Assembly: GCA_002633005.1 (NCBI GenBank)
Contig: NMRA01000407.1
Coordinates: forward strand, 124,001 to 188,000
DNA from: Phoronis australis
Taxonomy: Eukaryota; Animalia; Phoronida
Length of the DNA stretch: 64,000 nt
Direction: 5' to 3'
Below are positions 11,699 through 24,717 of the stretch, piece by piece. The position numbers were made by a program, and so were the translations under genes. The number at the start of each line of letters is the position of its first letter. Within the stretch, counting starts at the first letter, position 1. Below the pieces are notes generated by a model, which saw only the letters and a list, made by a program, of their open reading frames with translations, made no database searches and was not told where the DNA came from.

Positions 11699-12625
11699 TG
11701 ACGCACTCGTCATGTCTACTTCGCATGATATGCAACTGTGCCTGGGGAATGCAAGAGCTCCAACAGATGGGAATGCAGAACAATGTGCCTGCAGTGTGAT
11801 AAAAGAAAGAATGACGCACTTGAAATGAAGTGAGCTTCTTGAAAATGTAGAGAATTCTGCAGTGTTTACTGAAGAAGGTATTCCAGGTTCTTTGAAGCCT
11901 GCTGAGCATTAAATCCTCCTTTGAAGCTATTTTTGGAAGCATGGCATTTGTTTCACTGAGTAGTTAATCAGTAACCAGATTGCCATTTGATTGTGACAAA
12001 GACCCACATTATCTAGTAGTCTGTTATGTTTATTAAGCTCCCCAAGTTGGAATTATAATCAAGTACATGGTGACAACAACATGCCATTGCTCTAGGTGTG
12101 TTCTTTTGGCCCATATACTTTACATCTGGTCTCTGTTTCTCCCATGTTAAGTGACACAGATAGCATCTCGTGCTCATACCCCAGTTGTATGCTCTAGCTG
12201 GGACACAAGTTATGTCCATTCTTGACTAATTACAACCGACTGAGAAGGCTGCCATACAAAAACTGAACAGTATTTCATAAGATGTGTCTTACTTTCAACT
12301 TAATGCATTCGTTACTTTGATTATCAGTATGAGTGAAATTGGCTCATTTTAGCCAAGTTAGGCAGTAGTTGGTATTTTTCTCATCAAAAACAGTGAAGTT
12401 GTGAATACAAGCTGAAATAATTGGTTATTTTCGCATGCTTTCACTCTAGGGTTTTGACCTAATGTTGACAAAATTTGTCAACTATTTAGAAAATTGTTGT
12501 CACTATAGTTTAAACTCTGTTCACCTGCTTAAACCTGTTTGCATATGGGTGCAAAGTGGCACATTTTAGGTCCATGTAAATGAAAATATCTTGCTTGTTT
12601 TAAATCTACACTTTCTAGGCAAAGT

Positions 12626-13543
12626 ATACAGTACAGCCACTGAATTATTAGACTTCGTAAGCTCTGCCTCACGCCTGGCCAGACCAGAACGTAACCGGAA
12701 TGCAGGCGTGGGAGAAATCAGTCACGGTCTTCTCAAACTTACTCTCCGGGTAGCGCTCACGCTCACCTCCGGTTTAGTTAAGGCTTTCCTCACGCCTCCT
12801 TCACGCTTTTCCTCACACCTTTCTCACGCTTACGTCACGCTTTCTTCACGCCTTCGGTAGCTGTGGTAACCATAGCCATGCTAATAAACATGCATGTAAC
12901 ATCTGGATCTGCGTGTCGTTTTGGCCAAGTAGTCATCTTTCACAACTGGGTCACGACTAACTTCGTAATTGCATGTGTTGTTCATACAAACGTCCTCCTT
13001 TAGTTAGTCTGGCGTTACACTTATATGTTGTGTGTTACCCAATTTATGACTTAAAAGCCAGTCCCATCAACGACATACAAGTAACCGCGGTTAGTAAATA
13101 CGAACAAGCGCGACCCTGATGTCACAGTCGTCTTTACATGGCTATGGCCTCCTTGAAACTTGTCACAGCTGGATTTAGTTAATTCGCCGAAAAAATAGCC
13201 TAAGCATCTTGTGATAGTATATTGTCACTCCGTACATTTTTGCACCACACTGGCGTACAGAAAATTTCAAAAGCCCCCCACCCCTCTGTGGGTGACGGCA
13301 CCTGGCATCTCCATCCCCTACTGCAAGTGAATGTTAAGTCCTCAACCCCTAGTGCAGTTTAATTATTTGTAGCCCCATCCCCATAGTACATGTATTTTGG
13401 GTACACAGTATCCCCGGGGTACTTCTTCACTAAAATAATAACAGGGGTCATCCCTTTGACTTGTCAAATGCATGGGCGTGGCCAGTATTCTTGGCATGAT
13501 GCTGGAATTTGGGATAAATGTGCTCAGAATTCACATGCTATGT
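12626..13543 (+). repeat. ~0.9-kb dispersed repeat, copy 2
   Basis: Colinear with 4736-5632; TA-CAGT start resembles one Tc1-type end, no matching second TIR seen. Confidence 0.85.
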
Positions 13544-14894
13544 TCCTTCATATCCTGAAAGCAAATGAATATATCCGCCATGTACACACCTGTTAACATT
13601 GTTTATTAATTTATCTGAAAAAACAAATAATTATATACAAGTTAGAAGTAAAGCCCAGAGGCCTGTTTGATGGAGTGACTTAAGATTTGAGACGGAAATT
13701 TTGGTGTTTCTAAAAATAACTAAACCTCAAATGAGCAAAAGTCCATGAGAATATACACATCACTGCTAGTTACATATATAATTTTACTTAATTACTTTTT
13801 CGTCTGTGATGCTCTCATAATTGCATGACTAAAACTTGATACTGACGGTGAAATGGGAGCATCCGACCGAATTTCTCTCCTTAGTCACTTTGATGAAGCG
13901 AATCTTAAATATCGCATGTGTCAACAGAAAGGGTTTGTAGCTTGGGTTTATGGCGGAATGCCTGTTTCAACCTAACCCAACTGTTGCCCAAGGACTCGGC
14001 CTCTATCTGATCACACACAGTAGCCGAAGTCCCGTCAGAAGAGACAGCTTGTTATCTAGGATATTTTGTCCCAATTGTTAGTACAGCTGAATAGTATTAG
14101 TCCAGGACACAGATTTCCATCTGGAAAGGGTGGTTATAGTGAGGGATGCGTGTTTGCAATTGTTTTGGAAATTTCAGCTTTACCTCATGTTCTTGAGTAA
14201 GTCTTATTTGCCTTTAAACCGCGCCACGAGTGTGAGGTAGTTGTAGAAAATAAAAACCTGTGAGGCTTAATATGACTTGTATTTAACCGAAAACTAATAC
14301 TGATAAGTAAATTCTGAAAAATGAGCGAGAAAACACTCACTATAATTATGAAATAAGGAAATAAACACATTGTGCTTGTGGACAAAAAAACTGGCCCCAG
14401 TATCCCAGGCATTGATACGTTTGAAACGTTGGACATTCACCCTATTATGCTTTATTGAGCAAGACTAGTGTCCGTATGAAACATACAAAATGAATATATA
14501 AATACTGTGAAGTGAACTCTCTATAACAATGAATGATAATTAATAGTAACGGTTAATACACGTACATGTATGCGCCAGAATTTAGATTAAATAAACCAGC
14601 ACTTATCTGGTTTTGTGTATAAATGTAATGTACAAACGTGAAGACGCCTTAATGGCTGACGTCACACGAGAGCGCAATCGCGTGTCACGTAAACTATTCT
14701 CTATTTACTATTATTTCCTGTAGAACTTTGCATCCTCTACTTAGAGCATGCAACCCAACTTGCATACAAACCTTTCACTTATAAAGACCGCCCTCACTTT
14801 GCTAGTGCCAGTTGCTGGTAATTGAGTGTTCTACACTTAGTTACTGGATACTACCATCCCACTCAATAATTGACAGACCCAGGTACATCACAGA

Positions 14895-15170
14895 CACAGC
14901 GTGCCTTATTAGCTGACAATATCTTACTGACAATGTTGTCCACCCCAGTTTCCTTCTTGCTATTTGATTGCGGATCTGGAGGCATGCAAGCGAAATTTTT
15001 CCACGGATTCTTTGTTGAAGTTCTGCAGCTGTTGTTTCGTCGTTTTCTTGCATTGATTTCTCATTGAAATACTGAATTGGCCCATGAAGTTTACCTTTTC
15101 TTTTTTGTAAGTCTTTCTGGCTGTAGTTGCAGTTTTTCTGTTCTTGTTTATGAGGTAATACACATTGTTT
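14895..15170 (-). pseudogene. IS630/Tc1-like transposase N-terminal (HTH) fragment
   Basis: Frameshifted MQENDETTAAELQ...RRKLGW...RYCQLIRHA resembles the HTH/linker of invertebrate Tc1-like transposases (from memory). Confidence 0.6.
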
Positions 15171-15734
15171 TATCTACATGATGTCCTTTGCTTAGTAAGT
15201 GTAATACAGCGGTTCATCTGACCTTCAAGTACGAAAAATACATGTACATAATTCAAAAATAAAATCATACACTCAAGTAGGTCTTAGGCAATGATGGCCC
15301 TAAATAATAGAGAGACTGGGTGTCCTGAAGCCGCTGTAGGTCCCAAACGGTAACGCAGGACCTTAGGCTTGGGACGACATCTGGCAAGGCGGTAATTAAC
15401 CTACTTACAATATGTGTCGTGAGCCTCCTCGAGCTGGTTTTAGTAGGTAAGGGTACTTACCGCACTCAGGTCAGCTAAGGGGTTCTCCATACTGTTGGAA
15501 CGACTGTCTAATCAACATTGATTTAATACTCTCCGGTGCAAATGCACTATATACATATGGTAGGTAATTATATTCATGTCTTTCTCGGTTATTACATTGG
15601 TTTACAATCTCGACAGTTAAGGAAAAAGATGTAACACTGCTATTCAAAGGCAGCTACGAATATAAATAATACCATTACACACTTAACAGTAGGCATGACT
15701 GCATACAACTTAGCGATATTCCCAGTTTCCTAGT

Positions 15735-16700
15735 CACGACAGAACAAATTTCTGAAGGATGACTGGAACAGAATTATCGAAGAAAAATTTTTTCAGCTTC
15801 TCTATCATAGATGAGATAAAGTTCTCGTTTCTTAAGATGCGAATTATCTTGGAAGTCCTCTGACATGTAAACAACGTAGTTACAATAAGAGGCACCTGAG
15901 CACAGCATCTCATCCTATACTTGGTAATGGTAGTCGTGCTGCTCCTTCAGCTTTTGGGTAATCTCCCTTATAGTACAAATAGGGAATTGAGCGTGAATCT
16001 ATCACTTTGTCTTTACTTGCTTATGGACATTTAATTTCAAGTAAGCCATCAGTATCGCTGATGACGCCATCTGGAGAAGCGCACAAATATAGCAGCTTGA
16101 TACACACAATAACTCCACTTTCTGTTACTTCTGATCCAGTTTTTTGAACATACTTGTTCCGTGCTACACGTTCTTACTGTTTTCCCATGTTACAGACCAA
16201 TTCGTGTAGGTTAGTTCTGTCTGTGACCTTACAAATCCTTCCAAAACTAGAAGTTGTTAAGCACATACCCCTTTCAGTTACACACACTTTACTGTCTGTC
16301 TGCCCTCTGGTGTTAACTTCGATTTGCTTTTGCACAAAGTCTCTGATTGGATTGTTGACAGACAACAAGTCTAAAAACCAGCCTCCCTGTGTACTTGTCA
16401 TGTAGTCATGGTCATGAGCTAGAGCACGCATATTAGCTGCTGGATTTTTTGCAAGTAAGGCATTTTCTTGACATAGTTGTTACCATGAAAGTTAAGAACT
16501 AGACTATTAACCATGTCCCGTGCACCAGGCTGATCAATGTACTGTGGGGGTCGCGGGTCATAACCAGACGAGTGTTTTGGCCAAAGTCCTTTCCGACGTG
16601 CTGCAAGTCACATTCTGGTCCTTTGGTTTAACTGGAAAACCCACAAATTTCTTTTGTTTTGTGAAACGACTGCAGTCTGTGTGCATGTCGTTTGCGTCCT
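15735..16700 (-). pseudogene. YqaJ / lambda-exonuclease-family nuclease pseudogene (copy A)
   Basis: YDPRP, HDHDY, TRGQ..., LTTSSFGRIC, ESGVIV...LCASPDGVISDTDGLLEIKCP* (16021-16080); PD-(D/E)xK core visible; stops and frameshifts. Confidence 0.85.
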
Positions 16701-16889
16701 AATGTTGTTAGTTTCTGTAAATTGCACCAAGCCATACAGTAAACAAAAGCTTAACAATGAAAAATCTCCAATATGTTTATTATTAACTATGGCAATCAAG
16801 TAAGTTTGGTCTAATCTGCCCTACTGTACACTGAATATAGATATTTACACAATGGATATTTACAAAACGGATATTTACAAAATGGTTAC

Positions 16890-17480
16890 TGTTGCTTCGA
16901 CACTCCAAGCGCCTCTCTACCTTTGCATCTACGCTCATACTTGTTGACGTATTCTTTTCTTTTAAAACATTTCCCACGCTTAGAACACATGTAAACACTA
17001 GTTTCAGCGAGTGGTCGCAAGTGCTTTGTGGAAAAAGGGCACTTGTCACATTTAAAGGAAGCAGAAATGCTGTGCAGTGCATAGACGTGGTCCTCCAAGC
17101 GCTGTCTTGACACAAAGCTGTGGTCACATGTCCTGCACTTGAATTGTGGAGTGTTTGAGGACGTGTGAGGCGTCAGATTTCTTTTCGTATCGAATTTCTT
17201 GTCACATGTTGAACATTTGTACTTGGTTGGCGAGTGGAGGTGCTCGTGCTCCCGTATTCCATCCACAATGAGGAATTTCTTTGGGCAATGCATGCCCACA
17301 AACTAATTTTGGGGCACCATGCACCTTCTGGTTGTTGTCATTAAGTTTCACCTGCGTGTGAAATTTCAATTCATATTCATCTCAACCATAAGCCTGGGTG
17401 TTGACGTGCACTCGCTTGTGTCTCTTTAGAGTGCTTCTGCAGCTAAACGACTTGCCTCAATGTTCGTTGTCTAACTTCGC
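16890..17480 (-). pseudogene. Degenerate tandem C2H2 zinc-finger array (about 6-7 fingers); small upstream exons near 17637-17704 and 17961-18007
   Basis: GKSFSCRSTLKRHKRVH, CPKKF..REHEHLH, YKCSTCDKKFDTKRNL, FKCRTCDHSFVSRQRLEDH..LH, FKCDKCPF, CSKRGKCFKRKEY; broken across frames. Confidence 0.8.
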
Positions 17481-19149
17481 TGAAATGTAAAGCACAACAT
17501 TAGTAATTCACCGCCTTATCATACTTAGGTAATATTTGATCCATATAACATTTTTGAATTACACAAAACTTGAGACATTTAACAGAATTCCTAATGCAAA
17601 CTTCAGGAAGTCAAGCTGGATGAAGTCTTGCCTTACCTGCAATTGTGTCTGTGGGGGGCTGGGGGCTGTTCAGTAGAGTTATCAGGTTGTGTCACGTTGT
17701 CTGCTGAAAACTACAATACAATATAAAGCTCCTTATAAGCATACATTGCCTAATTTAGTCTATTCATTATAAATATTTCCAACGTTTTTGCCCTAACCTA
17801 CTATGCCATGTTGCCTGGGATACCAGACGTTTAGAGAAATTAAGTGCAATTAAGGCTTTTTAAACAATAATAAATTACAAGAACTAAAACTGTTGTTTAG
17901 TTGAAGCTTTCGGTCGTTGGAACATAAGTAGCACAGTTAAAACTTTTCAGGGCATCTTACCTCTTTCTTTTTCACAGGTTTGGTTTTTACTTGCATAACA
18001 CTGTTTGCTGGAAAAAATAACGAACAGCCTTACGAAAGTTTTGAGCAATCATATAGCAACGTATGAGCCGCTTAAACATTGACGCTAGACTAACCATTTG
18101 ATGTTAAGAGTACTTGCTTGCAGTAACAATAAAACCCGTTGGAAACGCCGATCCACAAAAAATCAACTGATAAATTTTCCCTGAATTTTTACATTTCACG
18201 ACTCACGTGTCATTGTTGATAGATATCAATGGACTTATTGAAACATGCGGCAATTTCAGTGAGTTTCACGCAGACTCTAGTGAACCTTTCCGAGCTGGCT
18301 TTACGGGTAATGATTACTTATTGCACTCTGGTCAGCCAGGGCATTCTCCTTGTCTTAACTTCTGAAATTCCAAGTATGAACCACGCAGACAATACTTCTT
18401 CGGAGACGGAGCTTGTCTAAACTGGACTTTTCAAGGCTATCTAAATTATTCTTACTAAAAATACACGAAACTCTTATCACTCCAAAGTTCTCAAATTCCA
18501 CTTCAAACTCTCTAAATGAACATTTGTTCCTAAGAACAAAACAACTACTACAACCAGCTCGAAAAGAGAGAACGCGAGGTCCCCCCCCCGGAACACCAGA
18601 ATATCACCAGCAGGCCCTGATTGGCCAAAGCAATAGACCAATTAGTCACAAGAGGGGTTCAAGTAGCAACCAATTAGGCGATCATAACAAACCTGGCCTA
18701 ACAGGTCAGAGGTCGCATACCTGTCAGTTTCAGTGTTCACGATATTCCTCTCTTCCCCAATTAAAGTCCTGCTAACTCAAATGCCAGCAAAAATAAATAA
18801 AAAAACAGAAACTCCCTCCTAAAAAACTCTGTTGATTACCAAACTGAGCCCAGTCCTGTAAGGACTGCAAAATAAACAACCTCTTAAACCACACCAAAAC
18901 ACATCCCAGAAACTCTGCCCTCCAAGTACTAGAAACGCAATCAAAACGACCTATCTTTAAATAGTTTTCCACCAGAATCATATACATCCTATTCCATAGT
19001 TCCTAATACTAGATCCTAAACTTAACGTACTTTTTCGCTGTCGTTGTTAATAACAGGAATTAGTAACAGTGAGTCAAAACGACCCTAGCAGAAAGAACCC
19101 TACTTTGGTTCACAAATTCAGTAAACCCTTACCCTATACAATTTCCCAA

Positions 19150-20330
19150 ACTACTGGGGGCGAGGACGAGAATTTACGCCTGACAGCAAGCAATCATGTG
19201 CAGATACAATCTCCAGTGCAAAATCACAACTGCAGCACTAGTACAACGCTCTGCTCTCGGACGCCACCAAATGCAATCCAACTCAGCCCCCCCCCCCCCN
19301 CCCCCCCCAACAGATGCCAGAGTAAGGAAATTCTCAAAATCCGGGTCCCCTAAGCTACATTCAAAGGGAAGAGGAGCCCTCCCACTCTGGACTAGTTGGT
19401 CTAGGATGTACAAAAAGTCCGTCCTCCCAGGAAGCGTTTTTTCAAAGATAATAAAAATGTCATCCTCCGTCCGGCCAAGTCTTCCATAGGTTCCAAACGG
19501 AAGTCTAGGTAACCGTGCATTTGTACGAAATTCAATCGAGCCGTACAGCGAGGGCACTGTTGAAAAACCCTTCTCCTGCCGCTAGACTCCGTGAAAGAGT
19601 GGCGCTCCTTGTAAATGCCCTCCGGCAACTTATCTTGAGAGTCCGCCTGGTTCTCTTCTAATTCCAAGGCCTGACAGGCCCCCACCAGCTCCTTGGGACC
19701 AGCCTCTATAGGGTCCTTAGGAACAGCCTCCACCATCTCCTTGGGAACAGCTTCTGGGGAGCAGCTTCCACTGACTCCTGGGGATCAGCTTCACCTGACT
19801 CCGTCACACTATCCCCAAACGACATCTCCATATCCTCTAGCACAAGTTCGGCCGCTCTATCCTGCTGGGATGGAGGGCTCTGCGATGCGCCCTCTGCAGA
19901 TTCAGGAAAGGCATGGTAGTAGATGTCTCTCTCAGCTCTACGAGCTAGGGCTGGTGACTCCCCGCATCGTCAATCACATCTGCCACACTTGCATCGGCGA
20001 CCTCCAACTCCGGTACGGGAGCCTCTACAGGCACTGTTGTCACGATGCCGGAAGCGTCAGAGGCAACGCACACGCTTAATATCTGCCGATTCCTCGACTG
20101 TTGAGGTTCTTGTCAAGGTCGGATTAGGCCACGACGAGCCAAGCTGGTTCTTGCAAGGTGGAGAGCCAACAGCTGAGTGATGGCCGACTCCACATCTACT
20201 ACAGCTACCGTGGCGACTCTTAGGCCCTCGATATAATCCGCTTCACCCCTCCCCTCTGCCGTCTTATAGAGTTCAAAAATAATACTTGTAACGTCACTGC
20301 ACGAAGATGAGTACGTGGAAACCTACGAAT
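19150..20330 (-). pseudogene. GC-rich decayed ORF of unknown origin (acidic EAxP repeats, CxxC, ILHWR motif)
   Basis: Frameshifted EADPQ/EAAPQ/EAVPK/EAGPK repeats, QCPRC..QMH, AAVVILHWR; composition differs from flanks. Confidence 0.4.
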
Positions 20331-20355
20331 TTACACGAAATTTGTCCATAATTAC

Positions 20356-20450
20356 CTTTCTATCGCCTCTATTTTGCGTCCCGACGTCTGTGCCTTTGTT
20401 TTCGCCAATTTTGCTCTCAATTCGCGACTAGTTAAACCGGAGTAAGACAT
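20356..20450 (-). pseudogene. SAP-domain first exon (MSYSGLTSRELRAKLAKTKAQTSGRKIEAIER), probable start of the copy A YqaJ gene
   Basis: ATG at 20450, SAP pattern EL..L.....SG.K...IER, phase-2 GT donor at the same residue as in copy B. Confidence 0.65.
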
Positions 20451-20499
20451 GGTTTTTACATCAAAATAAACTCATTTTTCACACTGACAATTGAGCTAC

Positions 20500-20818
20500 A
20501 TCCGGGAATTGTAAACAATCCACAACCGTAAGCGTTGCGCCACCTGTTGGGTAGCGAAATGCGCTTGACCGTCCCATTGCTCGCTTCTTTAAGAGTTCGA
20601 GACTTTGTGGAGCAAGTCTTTAAGAAGGCTTTGTCCAGGAATGCCTTCACTTTATTAAATTTTTCTCTCACCCATGATGGCTTGTGACTAATAAAATCAG
20701 TCTCTCCCTCCTCATCAGAGGCGGTGAATTTCACAGATGATAACTGTTTTATCTGTGCACGCTTCTATGGCGGCCAATAACTTTCTGTGTCCAGCACTTT
20801 CAGACTTCGCTTCGCTTT
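20500..20818 (-). pseudogene. C14orf93-like / transposon accessory protein C-terminal remnant
   Basis: CAG acceptor then KAKRSLKVL...*...FTASDEE...ISHKPSW...AFLD; SDEE-PxW-LD pattern recalled from that family. Confidence 0.4.
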
Positions 20819-21399
20819 CTGTAAAAAGAAAAGAACAAACAATTCACCGTTCTTTACTTACTTCATTTATCAACGAAAACAATTGGCAACTGCATGATTT
20901 TACTTGTTAACACATTCGCAATTACCTGTTCTGCAATTGGTTGTGGCCTTTCATAAGTCTTTCAAACCAACAATTGATTGGCTAAAGGTGGTGTTTTTTC
21001 ACTGAAACATGGTGTTTTTGGGCTGTTAAATAAAATATCAGTTTAGGTGAACTTTGTTAGCATTTCACAAGAACGTTTCAAATGTCAATAGATGGGCTGA
21101 TCAGGTGGGTTTGAAAAACTGAATTTAACTATTACAACATTTTCGGAAATTAACAGACTTGCATGCATGAACAGTCTGTAAGTCTGCTTCACCTCAGGTA
21201 ATATTAAATGGAATTGTCAAAATACAATGGAAATACAGCTTTAACTTCAAGGGGATTGATGGGACTTGCTGATACAAATCATTTATTGAGTTTCTCATGT
21301 CGATTGTAAATTTGCTATACAGTGTTAGTCCCGACGATCGAAGTGTTTTTTAGGATTTCGAAAAGACGTATAAAAGCCAATCATGCATTCTGCAATATT

Positions 21400-22290
21400 T
21401 AATCGAACCTGCTTAAATGAAAATTGATATAATTATATCAGAAAATAATTCTCGATTCTCTTCTCAAATGACTGTGTACAACTAATAAACGAGCCCACAC
21501 GATTAGCAGAGTATTCACATTCTTCCCTTGATTTATGTATTACGAACAATCTCGGATTAATTGAATCCACTTCTGTGAGGCCTCCCATTTTTAACTCAGA
21601 CCACCACGTTATAGAAACAACATTCACACTCAACTGCGTACCTAAAGAACGTGACATCCTCAAAAAGATCTGAAATTACAACCTCATTGACATGGACAAA
21701 CTGCACACTGACATAACGACATTTAACTGGACTGAAATACTTAACAAAAGTGACATTAATGACACAGTCTCAACATTAACACAGTCTCTCTACAACAAAC
21801 TAAATAATAATATCCCATCAACAATGAAAACAATAAAAGAACAAACCGTGGTTTAACAATAACATTAAGTCTGAAATAAATAGAAGAATTAAACTGTACA
21901 GCTCGTTCAGAAAATCAAATAACCCTTGCACGTTTAAGTGCTACAAAGAACAGAGCAAGAGTATTGGAGAACTAATTAACATCAACAATGTCTCCGAAAA
22001 ATCTACCGAATATTACCGAATATTGGGATATAGTAAACAAAATACGGGGACAGGTAAAGCAATCATCATAAGTTACTTTTAGAATACTTCACATCCAAGA
22101 GTCACATTGCACCAACAACAAACTTTCCCGAATTTCCAAACAAAACATTGGAACACCTCTCTGACCTACAAGCCCAACCATCCCAAAACCGAAAACTACT
22201 AGAAAACATTGACGGAAACAAAAATGACGTTACCATTCTCATAACCAATAAAATGATCAAAATAATAGCAAAAGAGCTTACAGTTCCTCT
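21400..22290 (+). mobile_element. CR1/L2-type LINE ORF2 fragment (end of APE endonuclease and linker)
   Basis: INEPTR....SSLDLCITN...NSDHH (21486-21607), later PWFNNNIK..I.RR.KLY. Confidence 0.8.
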
Positions 22291-23383
22291 CAAGGGACAT
22301 GTTTTTCAATACTCATATGTACATGCAGCTAGTGATGTGTACAATTTCTTGCATATTCTTATGAGGTAAATAGAATTACCCAGCAGTAGCGCACAGCCAA
22401 AACAGGCAGCCCATCCGATTTGAGGCCGATCGATCAGCGTCGAAAATGCGAGTAACGTGTAGAAAATGTAGTTGTATCATTTTGTAATTAAAGGATAATT
22501 AGTAAACAGGACATATATTATATCACTGGAAAGTGTTTGAAATGAGCTTTAACTGGATTTTCAAAAAGAGCATGTATTGTTTGGGATCTGGTTAGTTAAA
22601 TTCACAAGCTATTTTGACCTAGGGCACCAATTCTAACAGGCTTATCTCTGTGTACTTGGGCTACCTACTTTCTACAACTACGCTATCTCGCGAATTAGTT
22701 TCACGAGCTCCTCATTGAATGCCTACAATGTATGTTCATCTGTTGCAACATGTACCCAGAAATATCATTTTCGTTCTTTCCATTGTGATACATGTATGTC
22801 ATGCGCAAAGTAATTTGTATTGCACCATAGCTGACACATCCTGAATTCCATCGGTACTCTTCGGAAACGATGTTTTCACCCACTGCAGTGCTTCTCAAGG
22901 ACGGTTTCTCAGCCTCGTTTTAAATGTGATTATTTTATACCAGTGTTGGTCTTTCGAATAGCGAATAGTTATTATTGGTTGCACGTTGCCGAAGAAGTTG
23001 GTAAAATAGCGATTCGTATTGGCGCTGTCTAGAATACTGAGAGCGAGTAAGACCATATTTTGAGATGTGGCAAACTCAAACGTGTTCACTCTTGTTTCTA
23101 CAAACATAATATAATACATTTGTATTCACATGATGAGGGCGAATGGTTAGCATTAGATTATGATGTTGAAAACGTAAGAGGTGAATTGATTCTTTTGGTT
23201 GACTAAAACAGAGCTCTATCAACATGCGAAAGTCGATGTAGTTCATCTTTCGCTGTCGTGTGTTTCTGATATTCGTGAATAATAAACTTAAGTCTAGTTT
23301 TACTGCTTTACATGACTATGCCGTGAAAAAGTGGTAAGTTGCGCTCTGATTAGGCTTATCAGGGTGTCATTGGCCAATAAAGT

Positions 23384-23558
23384 TACCGTAAACTCGCGGG
23401 TTAACTCCCATGTTCGGATAATCACCCATCCCCGACATTTTGTCAATTTTCGGTTTAAACGCCCACTGCTTGGGTAATGACCCCCCCCCCCCCCCCCCNC
23501 CCCGTCCCAGTGTTTCCCAATTTAAACGCCTAGGGCGTTAACCCGCGAGTTTTCGGTA
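23384..23558. mobile_element. Tc1/pogo-type MITE, TA TSD
   Basis: TA|CCGTAAACTCGCGGGTTAAC ... GTTAACCCGCGAGTTTTCGG|TA. Confidence 0.8.
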
Positions 23559-24601
23559 ACAGATGTCCCGGTTCGAACTCTGATCCGGACAGAAGTCTTC
23601 AGAGACTTAACTGTAGGTCACGTGACGTGCCAACGCATGGCGGTCATGAAAACTAAAAATTCTTACTTATTCACAGTAGTTCGTAAAGTTGTTGCTTGTT
23701 TGTGTCAGAGCAGTAATTGTGGTTACTGCATTGGTTTCTTTTTTGTTATGTGTGATGTTTAGTTATTGAATAAATCTGTTCTTCAAAGTGTTGACTTTTA
23801 TTCTTTAGGACACAACTTGGAATGGCTATACCTACCATCCGTCACAAAGCCCTCTCGAATGTACGGTGATTGGATCGGTCTAAAATTTTTATACTTAATT
23901 ATATTTGCTTTCAATTAACATATAATTTGTTATTGTTTGATAGCAGGTTGACATTCTACAATTTGACTGGTCACGGCGTTTCGTTTTGTTTGCTGAGCAT
24001 GGACACTAGCAAAAACGAATTGCCAGTTTCGTGTAAGACATCGGAGTACGGGACTAGCCGAGATCTATGTTTTTTGCGGTAAGTTGTCCAAATCAGGAGT
24101 TAAGTTTCTATATAGCACGTGGGTTTATGCAGCTTGAAATGGCTGTTTCGGATAATTGATTTATGCTTAAACACAACGATATAGTCTATCATGCCTGACG
24201 TGTTGTTTGTTAAACATTTTACCTTCACACAACTATCAGTTGACCCAAGGCACGTGCAAAAGTGTTTCGTGCGCACAGTCGAGAATGATATGGCACCTAA
24301 TTGGCGGATTTCAATGGAACTTGATCGCCATGTATATGGTAAGAATATCCCAGCACAATTTGATCAAGTTTGAGCTGACTAGAATGCTGCAACATCTCCG
24401 CGTGGCCCTTAGAAACATCGTATGAAATGCACCGTGGGCGCATGTCTACGCCCGAACTTTGCACTTGTATCATTAAATAAGGTATATGGTGTCAGAGTGA
24501 TCCACTAACCAGCAAAAGCATAGCAGCGGTTGGGCCCCGATGAGCGTATTGTAGACACTATTGCTGCCACCATGAAAACGTATTTTACCCGAGCATTTAC
24601 G

Positions 24602-24717
24602 TAGTTCCAATAAAGTATTTGACACAGCAAATCTTATATTCTGTGTTTGTTCCGCGTCTGAAATATTTCAAGAAACGATAAGATTTGCTGTCAGTGTCAA
24701 ATACTTTAATGGAACTA
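24602..24717. repeat. Palindromic mini-element / hairpin
   Basis: TAGTTCCAATAAAGTATTTGACAC(A)GCAAATCTTAT pairs with ATAAGATTTGCT..GTGTCAAATACTTTAATGGAACTA. Confidence 0.75.

Noticed and set aside
15316-15385. Twister ribozyme (GGTCCCAA similarity)
   Set aside because: Lacks the downstream GAGGG and pseudoknot partners; kept only as an unassigned structured segment.
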